A DNA stretch of 64,000 nucleotides from Laetmonice hystrix (taxonomy: Eukaryota). The translations under genes were made by a program, and so were the position numbers. Location of the stretch: NCBI GenBank assembly GCA_965235115.1, contig OZ249440.1, positions 31,870,001 through 31,934,000 on the forward strand. Direction: 5' to 3'. Under the pieces are notes generated by a model that worked only from the letters and a program-made list of their open reading frames with translations, was not told the origin of the DNA and searched no databases. Within the stretch, counting starts at the first letter, position 1. Each line of letters starts with the position of its first letter. Positions 49,290-61,200 of this stretch are shown here, piece by piece.

Positions 49290-52200
49290 TGGTGGCTAAG
49301 TGGTTCGGGGTAATGTCTAAGGGCCAGTCAGCCATATCATGGGGATTGGAAAGAGGGAGGGTGTTGGCGTAGTGGTTTGGGGTAATGTCTGAGGGCCAGT
49401 CAGCCATATCATGGGGATTGGGAAGTGGGAGGGTGTTGGCTGAGTGGTTAGGGGTAATATCTGAGGGCCAGTCAGCCATATCATGGGGATTGGGAAGAGG
49501 GAGGGTGTTGGCTGAGTGGTTAGGGGTAATATCTTAGGGCCAGTCAGCCATATCATGGGGATTGGGAAGAGGGAGGGTGTCGGCTGAGTGGTTCGGGTAA
49601 TGTCTAAGGGCCAGTCAGTCATATCACGGGGATTGGGAAGAGGAAGGGTGTCGGCTGAGTGGTTCGGGGTAATGTCTGAGGGTCAGTCAGCCATATCATG
49701 GGGATTGGGAAGAGTGAGGCTGTTGGCTGAGTGGTTCGGGGTAATGTCTGAGGGACAGTCAGCCATATCATGGGGATTGGAAAGAGGGAGGGTGTTGGCT
49801 GAGTGGTTCGGGGTAATGCCTGAGGGACAGTCAGCCATATCATGGGGATTGGGAAGAGGGAGGGTGTTGGCTGGGTGTTTCGGGGTAATGTCTGAGGGCC
49901 AGTCAGCCATATAATGGGGATTGGGAAGGGAAGGGGGGTTTGGCTGAGTGGTTTGGGGTAATGTCTGAGGGCCAATCAGCCATATCATGGGGATTGGGAA
50001 GAGGGAGGATGTTGGCTGAGTGGTTCGGGGTAATGTCTGAGGGCCAGTCAGCCATATCATGGGGATTGGGAAGAGGGAGGGTGTTGGCTGAGTGGTTCGG
50101 GGTAAAGTCTGAGGGCCAGTCAGCCATATCATGGGGATTGGGAAGAGGGAGGGTGTTGGCTGAGTGGTTCGGGGTAATGTCTGAGGGACAGTCAGCCATA
50201 TCATGGGGATTGGGAAGAGGGAGGGTGTTGGCTGAGTGGTTCGGGGTAATGGCTGAGGGACAGTCAGCCATATCATGGGGATTGGGAAGAGGGAGGGTGT
50301 TGGCTGGGTGGTTCGGGGTAATGTCTGAGGGCCAGTCAGCCATATCATGGGGATTGGGAAGGGGAAGGGTGTTTGCTGAGTGGTTCGGGGTAATGTCTGA
50401 GGGCCAATCAGCCATATCATGGGGATTGGGAAGAGGGAGGGTGTTGGCTGAGTGGTTCGGGGTAATGTCTGAGGGCCAGTCAGCCATATCATGGGGATTG
50501 GGAAGAGGGAGGGTGTTGTCTGAGTGGTTAGGCGTAACATCTGAGGGCCACTCAACCATATCATTGGGATTGGAAAGAGGGGGGAAGGTGTTGGCTGAGT
50601 GGTTAGGGTTAACGTCACATGGCCAGTTAGCCATATTATAGGGGTTTGGAATTCGAGTCATCTTATCATCATTTATGATCATTGTCATTCCCCGTGGGGC
50701 CCGGGGAACAATAGGCCCCATTCGTTTCATCACCCTGTGGGAGTGAGTGTGGGGAAGGTGTTAGTTGTGTGGTTAGAGGTAATGTCTGAGGGCCAGACAG
50801 CCACAGCATGTGGATTGGGAAGGGGATGAGATGTCGGCTAAGTGTTTGGAGGGAATGTCTGAAGACCAATTAGTCATGTCAGGGATTGGGAAGGGCGTAT
50901 AGGATTGGTTGGAGGTGGTAGTATAGAAAAAAAAACGAAAAATAGCCCCAAAAAATCAAAAGAGAAAAAAATGAAACAAAAGTTTGTGGGTAATGGATGT
51001 CGCAGTACTGAGATATGTCTGCTGGGTGTTTATATCAAGGTTAATTTGACTTCGCTGTACTGGAGCGTCACTCTGGGTGGTTGGAGGTGGTAGTATAGAA
51101 GAAAAGGGGAAACATACCCAAAAAATCACAAAAGAAAACAATGAAAAAAAGTTTGTTGGTGTTGACCCTTCAGATGAAATATCTGCACTGTGTTACGACG
51201 CCACCCCTGCACACATGTAATTCTTGTCTTGTTGTAACTGAATGACTGTAGTAAAAATCAACAATGATGAATTTGGTTGAGTGGTTAGAGGTAATGTCTT
51301 AGGGCCAGACAGCCGTATCATGGGGATTAGGAAGAGGGGAAGGTGTTGGCTGAGTCGTTCGGGATAATGTCTAAAGGCCAGTCGGCCATATCATGGAGAT
51401 TGTGAAGGGATGAAGGTGTTGGCTGAGTGTTTCGGGGTAATGTCTGAGGGCCAGTCAGCCATATCATGGGGATTGGGAAGAGGGAGGGTGTTGGCTGAGT
51501 GGTTCGGGGTAATGTCTAAGGGCCAGTCAGCCATATCATGGGGATTGGGAAGAGGGAGGGTGTTGGCTGAGTGGTTCGGGGTAATGTCTGAGGGACAGTC
51601 AGCCATATCATGGGGATTGACAAGAGGGGGGTGTTGGCTGGGTGGTTCGGGGTAATGTCTGAGGACCAGTCAGCCATATCATGGGGATTGGAAAGGGGGA
51701 GGGTGGTGGCTGAGTGGTTCCGGGTAATGTCTAAGGGCCAGTCAGCCATATCATGGGGATTGGGAAGAGGGAGGGTGTTGGCTGAGTGGTTCGAGGTAAT
51801 GTCTAAGGGCCAGCCAGCCATATCTTGGGGATTGGGAAGAGGGAGGCTGTTGGCTGAGTGGTTCGGGGTAATGTCTGAGGGCCAGTCAGCCATATCATGA
51901 GGATTGGGAAGAGGGAGGGTGTTGGCTGAGTGGTTCGGGGTAATGTCTGAGGGCCAGTCAGCCATATCATGGGGATTGGGAAGAGGGAGGGTGTTGGCTG
52001 GGTGGTAAGGGGTAATGTCTGAGGGCCAGTCAGCCATATTATGGGGATTGGGAAGAGGGAGGGTGTTGGCTGAGTGGTTCGGGGTAATGACTGAGGGCCA
52101 GTCAGCCATATCATGGGGATTGGGAAGAGGGAGGGTGTTGCCTGAGTGGTTAGGGGTAACATCTGAGGGCCAGTCAACCATATCATTGGGATTGGAAAGA

Positions 52201-55200
52201 GGAGGGAAGGTGTTGGCTGAGTGGTTAGGGTTAACGTCACATGGCCAGTTAGCCATATTATAGTGGTTCGGAATTCGAGTCATCTTATCATCATTTATGA
52301 TCATTGTCATTCCCCGTGGGGCCCGGGGAACAATAGGCCCCATTCGTTTCATCACCCTGTGGGAGTGAGTGTGGGGAAGGTTTTGGTTGTGTGGTTAGAG
52401 GTAATGTCTGAGAGCCAGACAGCCACAGCATGTGGATTGGGAAGGGGATGAGATGTCGGCTAAGTGTTTGGAGGGAATGTCTGAAGACCAATCAGTCATG
52501 TCAGGGATTGGGAAGGGGGATATAGGATTGGTTGGAGGTAGTAGTATAGAAGAAAAACGAAAAATAGTCCCAAAAAATCAAAAGAAAAAAAAATGAAACA
52601 AAAGTTTGTGGGTAATGGATGTCGCAGTACTTAGATATGTCTGCTGGGTGTTTATATCAAGGTTAATTTGATTTCGCTGTACTGGAGCGTCACTCTGGGT
52701 GGTTGGAGGTGGTAGTATAAAAGAAAAGGGGAAAATACCCAAAAAATCACAAAAGAAAACAATGAAAAAAAGTTTGTGGGTGTTGACCCTTCAGATGAAA
52801 TATCTGCACTGTGTCACGACGCCACCCCTGCACACATGTAATTCTTGTCTTGTTGTAACTGAATGACTATAGTAAAAATCAACAATGATGAATTTGGTTG
52901 AGTGGTTAGAGGTAATGTCTTAGGGCCAGACAGCCGTGTCATGGGGATTAGGAAGAGGGGAAGGTGTTGGCTGAGTCGTTCGGGATAATGTCTTAAGGTC
53001 AGTCGGCCATATCATGGAGATTGTGAAGGGATAAAGTTGTTGGCTGAGTGGTTCGGGGTAATGTCTGAGGGCCAGTCAGCCATATCATGAGGATTGGGAA
53101 GGGGGAGGGTGTTGGCTGAGTGGTTCGGGGTAATGTCTAAGGGCCAGTCAGCCATATCATGGGGATTGGGAATAGGGAGGGTGTTGGCTGAGTGGTTCGG
53201 GGTAATGTCTAAGGGCCAGTCAGCCATATCATGGGAATTGGGAAGAGGGAGGGTGTTGGCTGAGTGGTTCGGGGTAATGTCTCAGGGACAGTCAGCCATA
53301 TCATGAGGATTGGAAAGAGGGAGGGTGTTGGCCGAGTGGTTCTGGGTAATGTCTGAGGGCCAGTCAGCCATATTATGGGGATTGGGAAGAGGGAGGGTGT
53401 TGGCTGAGTGGTTCGGGGTAATGTCTGAGGGACAGTCAGCCATATCATGGGGATTGGAAAGAGGGAGGGTGTTGGCTGAGTGGTTCGGGGTAATGTCTCA
53501 GGGACAGTCAGCCATATCATGGGGATTGGGAAGAGGGAGGGTGTTGGCTGGGTGTTTCGGGGTAATGTCTGAGGGCCAGTCAGCCATATTATGGGGATTG
53601 GGAAGGGGGAGGGTGTTGGCTGAGTGGTTTGGGGTAATGTCTGATGGCCAATCAGCCAAATCATGGGGATTGGGAAGAGGGAGGATGTTGGCTGAGTGGT
53701 TCGGGGTAATGTCTGAGGGCCAGTCAGCCATATCATGGGGATTGGGAAGAGGGAGGGTGTTGGCTGAGTGGTTCGGGGTAAAGTCTGAGGGCCAGTCAGC
53801 CATATCATGAGGATTGGGAAGAGGGAGGGTGTTGGCTGAGTGGTTCGGGATAATGTCTGAGGGCCCGTCAGCCATATCATGGGGATTGGGAAGAGGGAGG
53901 GTGTTGGCTGAGTGGTTCGGGGTAATGTCTAAGGGCCAGTCAGCCATATCATGGGGATTGCGTAGAGGGAGGGTGTTGGCTGAGTGGTTGGGAGTAATGT
54001 CTGAGGGTCAGTCAGCCATATCATGGGGATTGGGAAGAGGGAGGGTGTTGGCTGAGTGGTTAGGGGTAACATCTGAGGGCCAGTCAACCATATCATTGGG
54101 ATTGGAAAGAGGGGGGAAGGTGTTGGCTGAGTGGTTAGGGTTAACGTCACATGGCCAGTTAGCCATATTATAGGGGTTCGGAATTCGAGTCATCTTATCA
54201 TCATTTATGATCATTGTCATTACCCGTGGGGCCCGGGGAACAATAGGCCCCATTCGTTTCATCACCCTGTGGGAGTGAGTGTGGGGAAGGTGTTGGTTGT
54301 GTGGTTAGAGGTAATGTCTGAGGGCCAGACAGCCACAGCATGTGGATTGGGAAGGGGATGAGATGTCGGCTAAGTGTTTGGAGGGAATGTCTGAAGACCA
54401 ATTAGTCATCTCAGGGATTGAGAAGGGGGTATAGGATTGGTTGGAGGTGGTAGTATAGAAGAAAAACGAAAATAGCCCCAAAAAATCAAAAGAGAAAAAA
54501 ATGAAACAAAAGTTTGTGGGTAATGGATGTCGCAGTACTGAGATATGTCTGCGAGGTGTTTATATCAAGGTTAATTTGATTTCGCTGTACTGGAGCGTCA
54601 CTCTGGGTGGTTGGAGGTGGTAGTATAGAAGAAAAGGGGAAAATACCCAAAAAATCACAAAAGAAAACAATGAAAAAAAGTTTGTGGGTGTTGACCCTTC
54701 AGATGAAATATCTGCACTGTGTCACGACGCCACCCCTGCGCACATGTAATTCTTGTCTTGTTGTAACTGAATGACTATAGTAAAAATCAACAATGATGAA
54801 TTTGGTTGAGTGGTTAGAGGTAATGTCTTAGGGCCAGACAGCCGTGTCATGGGGATTAGGAAGAGGGGAAGGTGTTGGCTGAGTCGTTCGGGATAATGTC
54901 TTAAGGTCAGTCGGCCATATCATGGAGATTGTGAAGGGATAAAGTTGTTGGCTGAGTGGTTCGGGGTAATGTCTGAGGGCCAGTCAGCCATATCATGAGG
55001 ATTGGGAAGGGGGAGGGTGTTGGCTGAGTGGTTCGGGGTAATGTCTAAGGGCCAGTCAGCCATATCATGGGGATTGGGAATAGGGAGGGTGTTGGCTGAG
55101 TGGTTCTGGGTAATGTCTGAGGGCCAGTCAGCCATATTATGGGGATTGGGAAGAGGGAGGGTGTTGGCTGAGTGGTTCGGGGTAATGTCTGAGGGACAGT

Positions 55201-58200
55201 CAGCCATATCATGGGGATTGGAAAGAGGGAGGGTGTTGGCTGAGTGGTTCGGGGTAATGTCTCAGGGACAGTCAGCCATATCATGGGGATTGGGAAGAGG
55301 GAGGGTGTTGGCTGGGTGTTTCGGGGTAATGTCTGAGGGCCAGTCAGCCATATTATGGGGATTGGGAAGGGGGAGGGTGTTGGCTGAGTGGTTTGGGGTA
55401 ATGTCTGAGGGCCAGTCAGCCATATCATGGGGATTGGGAAGAGGGAGGATGTTGGCTGAGTGGTTCGGGGTAATGTCTGAGGGCCAGTCAGCCATATCAT
55501 GGGGATTGGGAAGAGGGAGGGTGTTGGCTGAGTGGTTCGGGGTAAAGTCTGAGGGCCAGTCAGCCATATCATGGGGATTGGGAAGAGGGAGGGTGTTGGC
55601 TGAGTGGTTCGGGGTAAAGTCTGAGGGCCAGTCAGCCATATCATGGGGATTGGGAAGAGGGAGGGTGTTGGCTGAGTGGTTCGGGGTAATGGCTGAGGGA
55701 CAGTCAGCCATATCATGGGGATTGGGAAGAGGGAGGGTGTTGGCTGGGTGGTTCGGGGTAATGTCTGAGGGCCAGTCAGCCATATCATGAGGATTGGGAC
55801 GAGGGAGGGTGTTGGCTGAGTGGTTCGGGATAATGTCTGAGGGCCCGTCAGCCATATCATGGGGATTGGGAAGAGGGAGGGTGTTGGCTGAGTGGTTCGG
55901 GGTAATGTCTAAGGGCCAGTCAGCCATATCATGGGGATTGCGTAGAGGGAGGGTGTTGGCTGAGTGGTTGGGAGTAATGTCTGAGGGTCAGTCAGCCATA
56001 TCATGGGGATTGGGAAGAGGGAGGGTGTTGGCTGAGTGGTTAGGGGTAACATCTGAGGGCCAGTCAACCATATCATTGGGATTGGAAAGAGGGGGGAAGG
56101 TGTTGGCTGAGTGGTTAGGGTTAACGTCACATGGCCAGTTAGCCATATTATAGGGGTTCGGAATTCGAGTCATCTTATCATCATTTATGATCATTGTCAT
56201 TACCCGTGGGGCCCGGGGAACAATAGGCCCCATTCGTTTCATCACCCTGTGGGAGTGAGTGTGGGGAAGGTGTTGGTTGTGTGGTTAGAGGTAATGTCTG
56301 AGGGCCAGACAGCCACAGCATGTGGATTGGGAAGGGGATGAGATGTCGGCTAAGTGTTTGGAGGGAATGTCTGAAGACCAATTAGTCATCTCAGGGATTG
56401 AGAAGGGGGTATAGGATTGGTTGGAGGTGGTAGTATAGAAGAAAAACGAAAATAGCCCCAAAAAATCAAAAGAGAAAAAAATGAAACAAAAGTTTGTGGG
56501 TAATGGATGTCGCAGTACTGAGATATGTCTGCGAGGTGTTTATATCAAGGTTAATTTGATTTCGCTGTACTGGAGCGTCACTCTGGGTGGTTGGAGGTGG
56601 TAGTATAGAAGAAAAGGGGAAAATACCCAAAAAATCACAAAAGAAAACAATGAAAAAAAGTTTGTGGGTGTTGACCCTTCAGATGAAATATCTGCACTGT
56701 GTCACGACGCCACCCCTGCACACATGTAATTCTTGTCTTGTTGTAACTGAATGACTATAGTAAAAATCAACAATGATGAATTTGGTTGAGTGGTTAGAGG
56801 TAATGTCTTAGGGCCAGACAGCCGTGTCATGGGGATTAGGAAGAGGGGAAGGTGTTGGCTGAGTCGTTCGGGATAATGTCTTAAGGTCAGTCGGCCATAT
56901 CATGGAGATTGTGAAGGGATAAAGTTGTTGGCTGAGTGGTTCGGGGTAATGTCTGAGGGCCAGTCAGCCATATCATGAGGATTGGGAAGGGGGAGGGTGT
57001 TGGCTGAGTTGTTCGGGGTAATGTCTAAGGGCCAGTCAGCCATATCATGGGGATTGGGAATAGGGAGGGTGTTGGCTGAGTGGTTCTGGGTAATGTCTGA
57101 GGGCCAGTCAGCCATATTATGGGGATTGGGAAGAGGCAGGGTGTTGGCTGAGTGGTTCGGGGTAATGTCTGAGGGACAGTCAGCCATATCATGGGGATTG
57201 GAAAGAGGGAGGGTGTTGGCTGAGTGGTTCGGGGTAATGTCTCAGGGACAGTCAGCCATATCATGGGGATTGGGAGAGGGAGGGTGTTGGCTGGGTGTTT
57301 CGGGGTAATGTCTGAGGGCCAGTCAGCCATATTATGGGGATTGGGAAGGGGGAGGGTGTTGGCTGAGTGGTTTGGGGTAATGTCTGGTGGCCAATCAGCC
57401 AAATCATGGGGATTGGGAAGAGGGAGGATGTTGGCTGAGTGGTTCGGGGTAATGTCTGAGGGCCAGTCAGCCATATCATGGGGATTGGGAAGAGGGAGGG
57501 TGTTGGCTGAGTGGTTCGGGGTAAAGTCTGAGGGCCAGTCAGCCATATCATGGGGATTGGGAAGAGGGAGGGTGTTGGCTGAGTGGTTCGGGGTAATGGC
57601 TGAGGGACAGTCAGCCATATCATGGGGATTGGAAAGAGGGGGGAAGGTGTTGGCTGAGTGGTTAGGCTTAACGTCACATGGCCAGTTAGCCATATTATAG
57701 GGGTTTGGAATTCGAGTCATCTTATCATCATTTATGATCATTGTCATTCCCCGTGGGGCCCGGGGAACAATAGGCCCCATTCGTTTCATCACCCTGTGGG
57801 AGTGAGTGTGGGGAAGGTGTTAGTTGTGTGGTTAGAGGTAATGTCTGAGGGCCAGACAGCCACAGCATGTGGATTGGGAAGGGGATGAGATGTCGGCTAA
57901 GTGTTTGGAGGGAATGTCTGAAGACCAATTAGTCATGTCAGGGATTGGGAAGGGCGTATAGGATTGGTTGGAGGTGGTAGTATAGAAAAAAAAACGAAAA
58001 ATAGCCCAAAAAAATCAAAAGAGAAAAAAATGAAACAAAAATTTGTGGGTAATGGATGTCGCAGTACTGAGATATGTCTGCTGGGTGTTTATATCAAGGT
58101 TAATTTGACTTCGCTGTACTGGAGCGTCACTCTGGGTGGTTGGAGGTGGTAGTATAGAAGAAAAGGGGAAACATACCCAAAAAATCACAAAAGAAAACAA

Positions 58201-61200
58201 TGAAAAAAAGTTTGTTGGTGTTGACCCTTCAGATGAAATATCTGCACTGTGTTACGACGCCACCCCTGCACACATGTAATTCTTGTCTTGTTGTAACTGA
58301 ATGACTGTAGTAAAAATCAACAATGATGAATTTGGTTGAGTGGTTAGAGGTAATGTCTTAGGGCCAGACAGCCGTATCATGGGGATTAGGAAGAGGGAAA
58401 GGTGTTGGCTGAGTCGTTCGGGATAATGTCTAAAGGCCAGTCGGCCATATCATGGAGATTGTGAAGGGATGAAGGTGTTGGCTGAGTGTTTCGGGGTAAT
58501 GTCTGAGGGCCAGTCAGCCATATCATGGGGATTGGGAAGAGGGAGGGTGGTGGCTGAGTGGTTCGGGGTAATGTCGAAGGGCCAGTCAGCCATATCATGG
58601 GGATTGGGAAGAGGGAGGCTGTTGGCTGAGTGGTTCGGGGTAATGTCTGAGGGACAGTCAGCCATATCATGGGGATTGAGAAGAGAGGGGTGTTGGCTGG
58701 GTGGTTCGGGGTAATGTCTGAGGACCAGTCAGCCATATCATGGGGATTGGGAAGGGGGAGGGTGATGGCTGAGTGGTTCCGGGTAATGTCTAAGGGCCAG
58801 TCAGCCATATCATGGGGATTGGGAAGAGGGAGGGTGTTGGCTGAGTGGTTCGAGGTAATGTCTAAGGGCCAGCCAGCCATATCTTGGGGATTGGGAAGAG
58901 GGAGGCTGTTGGCTGAGTGGTTCGGGGTAATGTCTAAGGGCCAGTCAGCCATATCATGAGGATTGGGAAGAGGCAGGGTGTTGGCTGAGTGGTTCGGGGT
59001 AATGTCTGAGGGCCAGTCAGCCATATCATGGGGATTGGGAAGAGGGAGGGTGTTGGCTGGGTGGTAAGGGGTAATGTCTGAGGGCCAGTCAGCCATATTA
59101 TGGGGATTGGGAAGAGGGATGGTGTTGGCTGAGTGGTTCGGGGTAATGACTGAGGGCAAGTCAGCCATATCATGGGGATTGGGAAGAGGGAGGGTGTTGC
59201 CTGAGTGGTTAGGGGTAACATCTGAGGGCCAGTCAACCATATCATTGGGATTGGAAAGAGGGGGGAAGGTGTTGGCTGAGTGGTTAGGGTTAACGTCACA
59301 TGGCCAGTTAGCCATATTATAGGGGTTCGGAATTCGAGTCATCTTATCATCATTTATGATCATTGTCATTCCCTGTGGGGCCCGGGGAACAATAGGCCCC
59401 ATTCGTTTCATCACCCTGTGGGAGTGAGTGTGGGAAAGGTTTTGGTTGTGTGGTTAGAGGTAATGTCTGAGAGCCAGACAGCCACAGCATGTGGATTGGG
59501 AAGGGGATGAGATGTCGGCTAAGTGTTTGGAGGGAATGTCTGAAGACCAATCAGTCATGTCAGGGATTGGGAAGGGGGATATAGGATTGGTTGGAGGTAG
59601 TAGTATAGAAGAAAAACGAAAAATAGTCCCACAAAATCAAAAGAAAAAAAAATGAAACAAAAGTTTGTGGGTAATGGATGTCGCAGTACTTAGATATGTC
59701 TGCTGGGTGTTTATATCAAGGTTAATTTGATTTCGCTGTACTGGAGCGTCACTCTGGGTGGTTGGAGGTGGTAGTATAGAAGAAAAGGGGAAAATACCCA
59801 AAAAATCACAAAAGAAAACAATGAAAAAAAGTTTGTTGGTGTTGACCCTTCAGATGAAATATCTGCACTGTGTCACGACGCCACCCCTGCACACATGTAA
59901 TTCTTGTCTTGTTGTAACTGAATGACTATAGTAAAAATCAACAATGATGAATTTGGTTGAGTGGTTAGAGGTAATGTCTTAGGGCCAGACAGCCGTGTCA
60001 TGGGGATTACGAAGAGGGGAAGGTGTTGGCTGAGTCGTTCGGGATAATGTCTTAAGGTCAGTCGGCCATATCATGGAGATTGTGAAGGGATAAAGTTGTT
60101 GGCTGAGTGGTTCGGGGTAATGTCTGAGGGCCAGTCAGCCATATCATGAGGATTGGGAAGGGGGAGGGTGTTGGCTGAGTGGTTCGGGGTAATGTCTAAG
60201 GGCCAGTCAGCCATATCATGGGGATTGGGAATAGGGAGGGTGTTGGCTGAGTGGTTCGGGGTAATGTCTAAGGGCCAGTCAGCCATATCATGGGAATTGG
60301 GAAGAGGGAGGGTGTTGGCTGAGTGGTTCGGGGTAATGTCTCAGGGACAGTCAGCCATATCATGAGGATTGGAAAGAGGGAGGGTGTTGGCCGAGTGGTT
60401 CGGGGTAATGTCTGAGGGCCAGTCAGCCATATTATGGGGATTGGGAAGAGGGAGGGTGTTGGCTAAGTGGTTCGGGGTAATGTCTCAGGGACAGTCAGCC
60501 ATATCATGGGGATTGGGAAGAGGGAGGGTGTTGGCTGGGTGTTTCGGGGTAATGTCTGAGGGCCAGTCAGCCATATTATGGGGATTGGGAAGGGGGAGGC
60601 TGTTGGCTGAGTGGTTTGGGGTAAAGTCTGATGGCCAATCAGCCATATCATGGGGATTGGGAAGAGGGAGGATGTTGGCTGAGTGGTTCGGGGTAATGTC
60701 TGAGGGCCAGTCAGCCATATCATGGGGATTGGGAAGAGGGAGGGTGTTGGCTGAGTGGTTCGGGGTAAAAAAGTCTGAGGGCCAGTCAGCCATATCATGG
60801 GGATTGGGAAGAGGGAGGGTGTTGGCTGAGTGGTTCGGGGTATTGGCTGAGGGACAGTCAGCCATATCATGGGGATTGGGAAGAGGGAGGGTGTTGGCTG
60901 GGTGGTTCGGGGTAATGTCTGAGGGCCAGTCAGCCATATCATGGGGATTGGGAAGGGGAAGGGTGTTGGCTGAGTGGTTCGGGATAATGTCTGAGGGCCA
61001 ATCAGCCATATCATGGGGATTGGGAAGGGGGAGGGTGTTGGCTGAGTGGTTCGGGGTAATGTCTGAGGGCCCGTCAGCCATATCATGGGGATTGGGAAGA
61101 GGGAGGGTGTTGGCTGAGTGGTTCGGGGTAATGTCTAAGGGCCAGTCAGCCATATCATGGGGATAGCGTAGAGGGAGGGTGTTGGCTGAGTGGTTGGGAG

